64,000 bases of DNA from the NCBI GenBank assembly GCA_036562845.1, contig DATCJJ010000054.1, forward strand, positions 287 through 64,286. The letters run 5' to 3'. Shown one piece after another: positions 44,607 to 53,304 of this stretch. Each line of letters starts with the position of its first letter. Within the stretch, counting starts at the first letter, position 1. Made by a program: the position numbers and the translations under genes. Source of the DNA: Gaiellaceae bacterium (GTDB lineage: Bacteria > Actinomycetota > Thermoleophilia > Gaiellales > Gaiellaceae). Under the pieces are notes generated by a model. The model did not search any database, was not told the origin of the DNA, and was given only the letters and a program-made list of their open reading frames with translations.

Positions 44607-45724
44607 GCCGCCTTGAAGTCGTTGCCCATCTTCGTCTGGTACGTCGGCCGAAGCGTGTTCGCCGACACGTCCTGGAACTTCTGCTTGATCGAGTCGCCCA
44701 TGTACTTGATGTCGATCGCCGGGAAGCCGGCCATCACGTCGACGATCATCTGCTGGGCCGCCGGCGAGAGGATGTAGTTGACGAACTTGTAGAGCACCTT
44801 CTTGTGCTTCGCCGTCTTCGGAACGGCGAGGTACGCCGCGCCGCCGGTGAACGACGGGTTCGAGATCTGCGTCAGCTTGATGTTCGGGCCGAGCTGGCCG
44901 GTCTTCAGCGCGGTCAGTGACTGGTCCGACCACACCGGCGCGACCCAGATCTGCCCCTGCCCCAGCAGCGTCAGCACGGCGGCGTTCCCGTTCGGGTACA
45001 CGCCGTTGCCGTACATGAACTTGTTGAGGCTGTGCAGGAAGTCGAGCCCCTGCTTCCAGGCCGGCTCGAGGGACTGGTCATAGCCCTGGTCCATCTGCTT
45101 CAGCGTCGCCGCGTCGAGGAAGCTGTCGACGACCGTCTCCGCGAACGAGTAGCCGGAGCCGCCCGTGTTCGGCGAGTTGTAGGTGAACTTGCCGGGGTTC
45201 GCCTTGATCCACGTCAGCAGGTCCGCCAGCGTCTTCGGCGGCGTCTTGACGTGATTCGAGTCGTACGCGAGCACGACCGACGAGCCGCGGTAGGGGATCG
45301 CCGCGCCCTTCACGGGCACGAGCAGGTCCTTGTTGACCTTGTTGAGGTTCGGCGCCGTCGCCTTGCTCACGGGCTGGTTGAGCCCCGAGAGCGCCATCGT
45401 CGTGACGAGGCCGCCGTCGACGAGGTCGATGCCCGGCCAGTGGCGACCCTTCACCGCCGCGCCGATGCGCGCCAGCGTCGTGCCGTCATCGGTGCCGTGC
45501 TCCGAGAAGATGAACTTGACGTAGATGCCTTTGTTCGCCTTCTCGAAGTTCGGGATGATGTTGTTCTGCCAGAGGTTCTGCACGTTCACATCGCCGCTGG
45601 CATAGATGACGATCGTCGTTCCTGCATTCGCCTTCTTGGCGTGTTCGCCGGCGTACGTTGCCGAGAACGCCGCCGGTACGAAGACGAGCACTGCAACGGT
45701 GATCGCAAGAAGCCTTGCCTTCAC
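44585..45724 (-). CDS. ABC substrate-binding protein (PotD/iron-type SBP family 1)
   Basis: ORF 44585..45751, trimmed to GTG 45724, which lies 6 nt after GGGAGG. Signal-like VKARLLAITVAVLVFVPAAFSA. Confidence 0.8.
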   Translation of the reverse strand: MKARLLAITVAVLVFVPAAFSATYAGEHAKKANAGTTIVIYASGDVNVQNLWQNNIIPNFEKANKGIYVKFIFSEHGTDDGTTLARIGAAVKGRHWPGIDLVDGGLVTTMALSGLNQPVSKATAPNLNKVNKDLLVPVKGAAIPYRGSSVVLAYDSNHVKTPPKTLADLLTWIKANPGKFTYNSPNTGGSGYSFAETVVDSFLDAATLKQMDQGYDQSLEPAWKQGLDFLHSLNKFMYGNGVYPNGNAAVLTLLGQGQIWVAPVWSDQSLTALKTGQLGPNIKLTQISNPSFTGGAAYLAVPKTAKHKKVLYKFVNYILSPAAQQMIVDVMAGFPAIDIKYMGDSIKQKFQDVSANTLRPTYQTKMGNDFKAAWQQSVP

Positions 45725-45776
45725 CGAGCACCTCCCTTTCTTTCGTCCCAACGTCGATGAATTCCGGAAGTAACCC

Positions 45777-46919
45777 TCACGTGCCGCCCCCTGCGGCTTC
45801 GCCGCCTACAGTGACCTCTTTCCGCGTCGCGAGCAAGGCCGCGGCTGCCTGACAGGCGACGACATCCGCTCTCCCCTCCGCGATCCCCGCCCGCGGCGCG
45901 GCGCCGCCGTGCACGAAGTCGGCGAACGCGAGCCACTGCCGCTCGAACGCCTCCGCCGTCCAACGCGACTCGCTGCGCTGCTCTCCCTCGCCGTCCGAGT
46001 CGACGACCGTGAGGACGGTCGGCGCGTGCAGCAGGTACGGCGCCGGGAACGTCAGCGCGACCGTCCCCGCCTCGTCGTGGACACGGACCTCTTCGCGGTA
46101 GGCGGGATACCGCTCGAGGTAGTGCCAGCGGATCGACACGCGCGTGCCGCCCGGCAGGCGGCCGTCGAGCGCAACCGAGTGCTCCCACGCGTCGGCCGAC
46201 TCCACCGTGAGCGGGCCGCCGACGAGGTACCGGATCACGGCCAGCTCGTGGACGATGCTCCCGAGGATCGCACCGCTGTACAGGTGCGCGATCTCCTCGG
46301 GGACGGCGCCGAGCGCGCGAGCGAGCGTTGCGGCGTCCGCCGCGTTCAGCGCCTCGAGCATCGTCTCGTCGAGATCCGTCGGCCGCGGCGGCAACGCGGC
46401 ATGCGCGAGCTGCGGCGCGTCCGGCGGGTGGAGCACGGTGACGTCGACCGCGCGCGGAGTCGGCCGGCCGGCGAGCAGCTCCCGCGCGCGCTCGACGGCC
46501 GGGTCGTACAACTTCATGTAGCCGAGCATCAGCCGGGGGTCGAGCTCCGCAAGCTCGTCGACCTCCGCGAGCGTGTACGCGAGCGGCTTCTCGCAGAAGA
46601 TCGCGAGGTCGGCGCGCGCCGCCGTCGCCGCGAGCCCGCCGTGCGACCCGGACGTGAGGATCGCGACGGCGTCGAGCTCGTCGGACGCGATGAGGTCGTC
46701 CGCTGACGCGAAGAGCCGAATCTCGTCGAGCCCGAGCCGCTCGGCGAGGCGTGCGCACGTCGACGGCGAGAGGTCGCAGAGCGCCGCCGGCCGGAAGAGG
46801 GCGGGATGCTTGGCCAGGAGCGGGAGGTGGACGGCCTGAGCGACGGCGCCGAGACCCACGATGCCGACGCGCAGCGGCGCCGTCGCTTCCGACCTTCCCT
46901 CCCCGATCGCTGCCGCCAC
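45777..46919 (-). CDS. Gfo/Idh/MocA-family NAD(P) oxidoreductase
   Basis: C-terminal part of ORF 45777..47750. Rossmann motif LRVGIVGLGAVAQ, then FCEKPLA. Start is GTG 46919 or TTG 46937. Confidence 0.75.
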   Translation of the reverse strand: MAAAIGEGRSEATAPLRVGIVGLGAVAQAVHLPLLAKHPALFRPAALCDLSPSTCARLAERLGLDEIRLFASADDLIASDELDAVAILTSGSHGGLAATAARADLAIFCEKPLAYTLAEVDELAELDPRLMLGYMKLYDPAVERARELLAGRPTPRAVDVTVLHPPDAPQLAHAALPPRPTDLDETMLEALNAADAATLARALGAVPEEIAHLYSGAILGSIVHELAVIRYLVGGPLTVESADAWEHSVALDGRLPGGTRVSIRWHYLERYPAYREEVRVHDEAGTVALTFPAPYLLHAPTVLTVVDSDGEGEQRSESRWTAEAFERQWLAFADFVHGGAAPRAGIAEGRADVVACQAAAALLATRKEVTVGGEAAGGGT

Positions 46920-46971
46920 CCCCGTCGTGACACCCAAGACGCGGGAACGTTTGCACTGTCGAATCAGGAAG

Positions 46972-47865
46972 TCAAGCGCCGGTTTGGCCGACCGCCGCGC
47001 AATCGATCGCGCATCTGAAGCCGAGGTTGCCCGCGGACGAGTCGGGGGTGTTCGAGGTCCGCGCCGCGACCCGGTAGCGGCGGCAGTAGGAGTCGTGGCA
47101 CAGATATGAGCCGCCGCGCAGCACGCGCTCGCTCCCGGCCTCCGGCCCCTGCGGGTCGTCGCGGGGGGACGCGTCGTAGTACGTCGCCGAGAACCAGTCG
47201 GCGCACCATTCCCAGACGTTCCCGACGAGGTTCCGGAGCCCGAACGCGTTCGCCGGCCCCGTGCCGGCGGCAACCGTCCCGACGGGCCCGGCCGGCCGGT
47301 CCGGGAAGGTGCCGCGGAAGACGTTGCACTCGCCGAGCTCGTCGCCCCACGGAAAGCGCCTGCCCTCGAGCCCGCCCCGGGCGGCGTACTCCCACTCCGC
47401 CTCGGTCGGCAGCCGCCCGCCAGCCCAGTCGGCGTAGGCGACGGCGTCACGCCAGGACACGTGGACGACGGGATGGGCGCCGCGGCCCTCGACGGTCGAG
47501 CGGCCGCCCTCGGGTGAGCGCCACGTGGCGCCGCGGACGTTGAGCCACCACGGCGTCCCCGGCGCGAAGCCGGCGACGTCGGCGGCGCGGTCGACGAGCA
47601 GGTGGAAGACGGCGGACGACCCGTAGCGCTCGGCGTCGGTGACGTGGCCCGTCGCGGCGACGAAGGCGGCGAACTCCTCGTTCGTGACGGCCGTCGCGTC
47701 GAGGCGGAACGGGGACAGGCGCACGCGATGCACCGGCCGCTCGGACGCATCGCCCTCGGCGAAGCCGTCGCCCATCGCGAACGTCCATCGCGGCGAGGGG
47801 GCCGGCATCGGGCGCGGCCCGTCGCGAACGACGGTGCCCACGCGCTTCGGCGCGCAGCAGCTCAC
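46972..47865 (-). CDS. formylglycine-generating enzyme (SUMF1/FGE family)
   Basis: ORF 46972..47961. Motifs TNEEFAAFVAATG, WRDAVAYADWAGGRLPTEAEWEYAARGG, NVWEWCADW and RVLRGGSYLC. GTG 47865 overlaps the sulfatase stop (GTGA). An internal ATG (MPAPSPRW...) is an alternative start. Confidence 0.85.
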   Translation of the reverse strand: MSCCAPKRVGTVVRDGPRPMPAPSPRWTFAMGDGFAEGDASERPVHRVRLSPFRLDATAVTNEEFAAFVAATGHVTDAERYGSSAVFHLLVDRAADVAGFAPGTPWWLNVRGATWRSPEGGRSTVEGRGAHPVVHVSWRDAVAYADWAGGRLPTEAEWEYAARGGLEGRRFPWGDELGECNVFRGTFPDRPAGPVGTVAAGTGPANAFGLRNLVGNVWEWCADWFSATYYDASPRDDPQGPEAGSERVLRGGSYLCHDSYCRRYRVAARTSNTPDSSAGNLGFRCAIDCAAVGQTGA

Positions 47866-49394
47866 ATCCACGCCTCTTCTTCGCCCTGGCCACGGCGCGC
47901 GTAGAGCTCGAGGATCCGCTGCCACGGAATCACCTCGGCCTGCTCCGCCCACTCGCCCCACAGCGCCGCGAGCTCACGGACGCGCGCCGGGTGGTCGTCG
48001 GCCACGTCGCGCAGCTCCGTCCGGTCGAGCTCCAGCGCGTAGAGCTCCCAGCTGCCGCCGAAGCCGCGCACGAGCTTCCAGTCGCCGAGTCGAATCGCAG
48101 CGTTGCCCGTGTGCTCCCAGAACAGCGGCCGCGCCTCGACCGTTCCGCCCCGCAGCGCCGACAGCATGCTCCGCCCGGCGAGCCCGGACGGCCCCTCGGT
48201 CCCCGTCGCGTCGAGAATCGTCGGCAGCACGTCGGTGAGCTGGAACATCGCGTGCTCCACACCGCCCGACCGGAGCTCGCCGTTCGGCCAGTGGACGACG
48301 AGCGGCGTCGCGATTCCGCCCTCGTGCACCCACCGCTTGTACAAGCGGAACGGCGCGTTCGAGAGATTGGCCCAGCCGACACCGTAGCTCGCGTACGTGT
48401 CCGCCTGCCCCGGCTCGATCGCCGGTGTGTTGCCGACGCGAACGCCGGGCGGCACGACGTCCGTGCGTGTCTCGAACTGCGCCTTCGGCAGCTCCTCGTC
48501 GGAGGCGCCGTTGTCGGAGACGAACAGGAGCAACGTGTCGTCGAGCGCCCCGACGGTTCGCAGCGTCTCGACGATGCGGCCGATCCCCTGATCCATGCGG
48601 TCGATCTGCGCCGCGTACGCGCGCATCCGCGCCAGCTGCCACGCGTCGTGCTCCCACGGCCCGACGCGCTCGTCGCGGGGGCTCAGCTGCGCGCGCTCGT
48701 CCAGCAGCCCGGCGTCGGTCAGGTTGCGCAGCCGCCGAGCGCGCAGAACATCCCAGCCCTCGTCGAAGACGCCGTCGTACTTCGCGATGTCGTCGGCGTG
48801 CGCGTGCAGCGGCCAGTGCGGCGCCGTGTATGCGACGTAGAGGAAGAACGGCGTCGTGGTGCGCTGGAGGAACGCACAGGCCTCGTTCGTGATCGCGTCC
48901 GTGTAGTAGAAACCGGGCTCGCGCGCCTCGTGCTCGATGTTCTCCTCGCCGCGGGTGAGCGTGCGCGGCTCGAAGTAGCTTCCCGCTCCGACGAGCGTCC
49001 CGTAGAACTCGTCGAAGCCGCGACGCGTCGGCCACGTGTCGTCGGCGACGAACGGGTTGCGCGCCAGGTGCCATTTGCCGGTGAGCGCCGTGCGGTAGCC
49101 GCGCCGCTTCAGGAGCTCGGCGACGGTTGTGCAGCGATCGTTGAGGTGTCCCTGGTAGCCGTCGGGCCGGTCGTCGACGCCTTGCGCGAGCACGCCAACG
49201 CCGGTCTGGTGCGGATGGAGCCCGGTGAGCAGGGACGCGCGCGACGGACTACAGCGGGCGGTGTTGTAGAACTGCGAGAGCCGCACGCCGCTGCGCGCGA
49301 GACCGTCGACCGCCGGCGTGTCGAGCTCGCCGCCGTAGCAGCCGACGTCGGAATAGCCCATGTCGTCGCAGACGACGAGGACGACGTTCGTCAT
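47862..49394 (-). CDS. Cys-type arylsulfatase, no signal peptide
   Basis: Last 510 codons of ORF 47862..49571. N-terminus MTNVVLVVCDDMGYSDVG and the sulfatase motif CSPSRASLLTG. ATGA overlap with the upstream stop. Confidence 0.9.
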   Translation of the reverse strand: MTNVVLVVCDDMGYSDVGCYGGELDTPAVDGLARSGVRLSQFYNTARCSPSRASLLTGLHPHQTGVGVLAQGVDDRPDGYQGHLNDRCTTVAELLKRRGYRTALTGKWHLARNPFVADDTWPTRRGFDEFYGTLVGAGSYFEPRTLTRGEENIEHEAREPGFYYTDAITNEACAFLQRTTTPFFLYVAYTAPHWPLHAHADDIAKYDGVFDEGWDVLRARRLRNLTDAGLLDERAQLSPRDERVGPWEHDAWQLARMRAYAAQIDRMDQGIGRIVETLRTVGALDDTLLLFVSDNGASDEELPKAQFETRTDVVPPGVRVGNTPAIEPGQADTYASYGVGWANLSNAPFRLYKRWVHEGGIATPLVVHWPNGELRSGGVEHAMFQLTDVLPTILDATGTEGPSGLAGRSMLSALRGGTVEARPLFWEHTGNAAIRLGDWKLVRGFGGSWELYALELDRTELRDVADDHPARVRELAALWGEWAEQAEVIPWQRILELYARRGQGEEEAWM

Positions 49395-50170
49395 GGGAGG
49401 AAGGCGCGGTTCCGCGCCTGCGCCGCGATCTGCGGCTCCGGATCGTCCCCGGGCTGCGGCACCCAGTCCTGCTCGACGACGAGCCAGCCGTCGTAGCCGT
49501 CGAGCGCGGCAAGGAACCCGCGGACGTCGACGTCGCCTACCCCGAGCTCGCAGAAGACGTTGCGCCGCCACGCGCTCGGCCAGTCGGCCTGGGCGCGGAG
49601 CAGCTGGAGGTCGACGTCCTTCAGGTGGACGTAGTCGATCCGGTCGCGCCAGTCGTCGAGCGCGTCGACCGGATCGACGCCTGCGGCGGCGAGGTGGCCG
49701 GTGTCGAGCAACAGCGGGACGTCGACGTGCTCGAGCAGATCCTCGATCTGCGCGCGAGTCTCGATGCGCGTGCCCATGTGGTGGTGGACGGTCGGCGAGT
49801 AGCCGCGTGCTCGCGCACGCTCGACGACGCGTGCGACGTCGGCGGGATCGAGCGGGTCGTCCCGATCACCGGAGTCGGCGAGGATCGGCCGCGCGTTCGG
49901 TGCAGCGGCGTCGAAGACGTCGAGCGTCGCGTCGAGCTGGCCGACGCCGTCGCCGAAGGGGATCGAGACGTACGCGCCCGCGAGCTCGAGCCCGTGGGCC
50001 GCGATGCTCGCGGGGTCGACCCAGCCGAGCGGGCCGAGCTCGATGCCGTCGTAGCCGGCCGCCGCGACCTCCGTCAGCACCCGCTCCGGCGGCGGCACGC
50101 TCGGGATCCGCGCCGCCTCGAGGTTCCATGCGCCGAAGCTCACGGGGGCGTTGCCGATGCGGTAGCCCAA
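49391..50170 (-). CDS. xylose isomerase-like TIM-barrel protein (sugar phosphate isomerase/epimerase, inosose dehydratase-like)
   Basis: 259 aa. Motifs GYDGIELGP, VHHHMGT, DTGHL and HLKD, typical of the AP_endonuc_2 fold. TTG start at 50170. Confidence 0.75.
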   Translation of the reverse strand: MGYRIGNAPVSFGAWNLEAARIPSVPPPERVLTEVAAAGYDGIELGPLGWVDPASIAAHGLELAGAYVSIPFGDGVGQLDATLDVFDAAAPNARPILADSGDRDDPLDPADVARVVERARARGYSPTVHHHMGTRIETRAQIEDLLEHVDVPLLLDTGHLAAAGVDPVDALDDWRDRIDYVHLKDVDLQLLRAQADWPSAWRRNVFCELGVGDVDVRGFLAALDGYDGWLVVEQDWVPQPGDDPEPQIAAQARNRAFLP

Positions 50171-50204
50171 GGCCCTTTGAATCTACTTGGTACGTTCAGC
50201 TGCA

Positions 50205-51608
50205 GTGCAATCGTTCGCACAGTTCGACGTCGTCGTCGTCGGCGGCGGCATCGTCGGGGCGGGAACGGCCGCCCTCGCGGCGCAGCACGGGCTCCGCGTC
50301 GCGCTCCTCGAGCGGGCCGACTTCGGCGCCGAGACGTCGAGCGCGTCGTCGAAGTTGATCCACGGCGGCCTCCGCTATCTGCGGCTCGGCGACGTGCGGC
50401 TCGTCCGGGAGGGGCTGCACGAGCGCCGCGTCCTCCAGCGTCGCGTCGCGCGCCACCTCGTCCGGGAGCTGCCGTTCGTCCTTCCCGTCTATCGCGGAGC
50501 GCCGTACGGCCCGCTCGCGATCGGCGCCGCGATGGCGGCGTACGGCGCACTCGCGCTGCGACGGCCGGCGCTCGTCTCTGCTGCGCGTGCCCGCCGACTC
50601 GTGCCGCAGCTGCGGCTCGACGGGCTGCGTGCCGCCGGCATCTACGTCGATGCGCAGACGAACGACGCGCGGCTCGTCCTCGCGAACGTTCGCGCCGCAG
50701 CGGACGGTGGCGCGTTTGTCGCAAACCGGTGCGAAGTCGTCGGCATCGAGCGCGGCGTCGTCCACACGAGCACCGGGCTCGAGCTGCAGACGCGGCACAT
50801 CGTCAACGCGACGGGAGCCGCGATCGACAGCGTGCGGCGGCTCGAGGATAGGCGTGCCGGTACGTCGATCGCACTGTCGAAGGGCGTGCACCTCGTGCTC
50901 GACCTGCCGGACGGCTGGCACGCGGCGCTCGCCGTGCCGGTCGACAAGACGCGCATCGCCTTCGCGGTCCCGTGGGAGGGGATGCTCCTGCTCGGGACGA
51001 CCGACACGCCCGCCGAGCGCGCAAACGTCACCGCCGACGACGAGGCGCAGATTCTTCGCGAGGCGGCGCGGGCGCTCCCAGTGGAGGTGCTGGCGCAGGA
51101 CGCGGTGCGCGCACGCTTCGCCGGCCTGCGCGTGCTGCCGCTCACCTCGCGCTCGACCGCGGAGGCGCGCCGCGAGGTGACGCTGACGCGCGGCCCACTC
51201 GACATGGTGTCCGTCGCGGGCGGGAAGCTGACGACGTATCGCACGATCGCGCGCGCCGTGCTGCACGAGCTCGGGTATCGCGTGCCCGCAACGGCGGTCG
51301 CGCTGCCCGGCGCCGCCGATCCGGCCGCGGTCGCGGCGCAGCTCGACCTCGACCCGTTGCTCGCATTCCACCTCGCGCGGACGTACGGCGCCCTGGCGCA
51401 CGAGGTGCTCTCCGTCTCGGACGACCTGCGGCCGCTCGCGCCCGGAGCGCCCGAGATCGCGGCGCAGGTCGTGTACGCGCGCGAGCGCGAATGGGCAGTC
51501 GACGCGGACGACGTCCTGCGGCGGCGGACGACACTCGCGCTCCGCGGGCTCGCCACGCCGGCGGTTCGGTCGGAGGTCGAGGCGCTGCTCCATCGAGCGG
51601 CGGTCTGA
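50205..51608 (+). CDS. glpD: FAD-dependent glycerol-3-phosphate dehydrogenase
   Basis: ORF 50187..51608. Motifs FDVVVVGGGIVGAG and SSASSKLIHGGLRYL. GTG 50205 is preferred because TACGTT lies 8 nt upstream. TTG 50187 is the alternative. Confidence 0.85.
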   Translation: MQSFAQFDVVVVGGGIVGAGTAALAAQHGLRVALLERADFGAETSSASSKLIHGGLRYLRLGDVRLVREGLHERRVLQRRVARHLVRELPFVLPVYRGAPYGPLAIGAAMAAYGALALRRPALVSAARARRLVPQLRLDGLRAAGIYVDAQTNDARLVLANVRAAADGGAFVANRCEVVGIERGVVHTSTGLELQTRHIVNATGAAIDSVRRLEDRRAGTSIALSKGVHLVLDLPDGWHAALAVPVDKTRIAFAVPWEGMLLLGTTDTPAERANVTADDEAQILREAARALPVEVLAQDAVRARFAGLRVLPLTSRSTAEARREVTLTRGPLDMVSVAGGKLTTYRTIARAVLHELGYRVPATAVALPGAADPAAVAAQLDLDPLLAFHLARTYGALAHEVLSVSDDLRPLAPGAPEIAAQVVYAREREWAVDADDVLRRRTTLALRGLATPAVRSEVEALLHRAAV

Positions 51609-51609
51609 C

Positions 51610-52177
51610 GTGACGCTCGTCGTTGCGCATCGCGGCGCTTCGGCGATTGCGCCCGAGAACAGCCTCGAGGCTTTTGAGAAGGCGATCCAGCGGCGCCGAC
51701 ATGGTCGAGTTCGACGTTCGCCGGAGCGCGGACGGCGTGCTCGTAGTCTCGCACGATCCGCTCCCACCGACGGACGTCCCGACGGTCGAGCAGGTCGTCG
51801 ACCTCTGCAAAGGCCGGATCGCGCTCGACGTCGAGCTGAAGGAGCCGGGCCTCGAGGACGAGGTGCTGCGCGCGGTGTCCGGCAGCGACTTCGTCGTCAC
51901 GTCGTTCCTGCCCGACGTCGTCGTCACGACGAAGCAGCTGCGACCGGACGTCCGCGTCGGGCTGCTCCTCAACAGCGAGGCGGTGGCGGCGACGCCTGCC
52001 GACTTCCTCGCGCCGCGCTACCAGCTGCTCGATCGGGTGCCGGGCGACAACCTCGTCGTCTGGACGGTGAACGACGAGGCGACGCTCGAGCGGCTCTTCG
52101 CGGACCCGCGCGTCGCGGGCGTCGTCACCGACGATCCCGGGCTTGCGCTCGCGGTCAGGTCCGGTACCGGACGGTGA
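51610..52177 (+). pseudogene. glycerophosphodiester phosphodiesterase interrupted by a frameshift
   Basis: VTLVVAHRGASAIAPENSLEAFEKAIQ is in frame 51610. GADMVEFDVRRSADGVLVVSHD and the rest are in frame 51623. The junction is at about 51691. The span is 568 nt, one base more than a multiple of 3. Confidence 0.7.
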
Positions 52178-52592
52178 CGAGGGTTCCCTTCGATCCCTCG
52201 TCGACGAGCGTGACCGTTCCGCGTGCGCCGGCGTAGCGGCCGGTGCCGCCCTCGATCGGATAGACAGCCGCCTTCTGCTTCAGGTCGATCGCGCTCTCGA
52301 CGGAGAGCGTCCCCCCGGCGAGCGACGCGGTCCAGTGGAAGAAGACGTACGGCGGATGGAGGTTCACCCCGTAGCCGTTGACGACTCCGACGACGCGGCC
52401 GCTCGGAGTCTCGAGGCGTTGCTGCGACGCGTAGATGTCGTCGGGGCCGGCGTTCTTCGAGCCGATGTCGCCGAATGCGTGCCAGGTCTCGACGGTCAGG
52501 TAGCGCTCGGTCGTCCACGTCGACGGCGCGGCTGCGGCGGTCGCGGCGTACACGGCGACTGCAGCAAGCAGGAGGATCGATGTCATCTTCAT
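52155..52592 (-). CDS. small secreted protein, possibly allene-oxide-cyclase/dirigent-like beta-barrel
   Basis: 145 aa. Signal peptide MKMTSILLLAAVAVYAATAAAA. The C-terminal IEGGTGRYAGARG motif recalls dirigent/AOC-barrel proteins; this call is from memory and has low certainty. Confidence 0.55.
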   Translation of the reverse strand: MKMTSILLLAAVAVYAATAAAAPSTWTTERYLTVETWHAFGDIGSKNAGPDDIYASQQRLETPSGRVVGVVNGYGVNLHPPYVFFHWTASLAGGTLSVESAIDLKQKAAVYPIEGGTGRYAGARGTVTLVDEGSKGTLVTVRYRT

Positions 52593-52638
52593 GCGCGCGA
52601 CCGTACGCGCCGTCCCCTGCCGCCGTCGTCAGGACTAC

Positions 52639-52662
52639 CCCTGAACGTGTGCGCGTTCAGGG
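52639..52662 (-). terminator. inverted repeat CCCTGAACG-N6-CGTTCAGGG abutting the LuxR-regulator stop
   Basis: 9-bp perfect arms read from the sequence, immediately after stop 52663-52665 and about 47 nt upstream of start 52592. It could be a terminator, an operator or both. Confidence 0.4.
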
Positions 52663-53304
52663 CTATCCCCGAAGAAAGGCGAGCACGGCGAGCACTCTGC
52701 GGTTGCGATCGGCGTCCGGCGGAAGCGCAAGCTTCGCGAGGATGTGACGCACGTGCGTCTCGACGGTCTTCGGCGTCAGCCAGAGACGCTCGGCAATCGC
52801 GCGGTCGCTCAGTCCTTCGGCGACGAGTGCGAGCACCTCGCGCTCACGCTCGCTGAGCTCGGCGAGCCGATGTGCCGACGACGGTCGGCGCAGGAGGAGG
52901 TCGACCAGCTCCGGGTCGACCACTGTCTCGCCCCGTGCGACCCGCTCGATCGCGTCGAGCAGCGTCGCGAGCTGCGTGATGCGGTCCTTCAGGAGATAGC
53001 CGCTGGCGGCGGGGCTCTCGCGGAGCAGCGCCAGCGCGTACTCGGCCTCCACGTACTGGGAGAGCACGAGCACGCCGACGTCGCCGTGCGCACGGATCCG
53101 CGACGCAGCCCGCAGGCCCTCGTCGGTATGCGTGGGCGGCATGCGGATGTCGACGAGCGCGACGTCGGGTCGCAGCTCTTCCACGCAGGCGACGAGCGAA
53201 TCGGCGTCGACTGCAGTCCCCACGACCTCGTGCCCGTGCGCCTGCAGCGCGTGCAGCAGGCCGTCTCGTACAACGGCCGAGTCGTCCGCGATCACGAGTC
53301 GCAC
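52663..53304 (-). CDS. NarL/LuxR-family response regulator
   Basis: 213 aa. Receiver domain (LVIADDS...VALVDIRMP) plus LuxR HTH (LSEREREVLALVAEGLSDRAIAERLWLTPKTVETHVRHI). Confidence 0.9.
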   Translation of the reverse strand: MRLVIADDSAVVRDGLLHALQAHGHEVVGTAVDADSLVACVEELRPDVALVDIRMPPTHTDEGLRAASRIRAHGDVGVLVLSQYVEAEYALALLRESPAASGYLLKDRITQLATLLDAIERVARGETVVDPELVDLLLRRPSSAHRLAELSEREREVLALVAEGLSDRAIAERLWLTPKTVETHVRHILAKLALPPDADRNRRVLAVLAFLRG

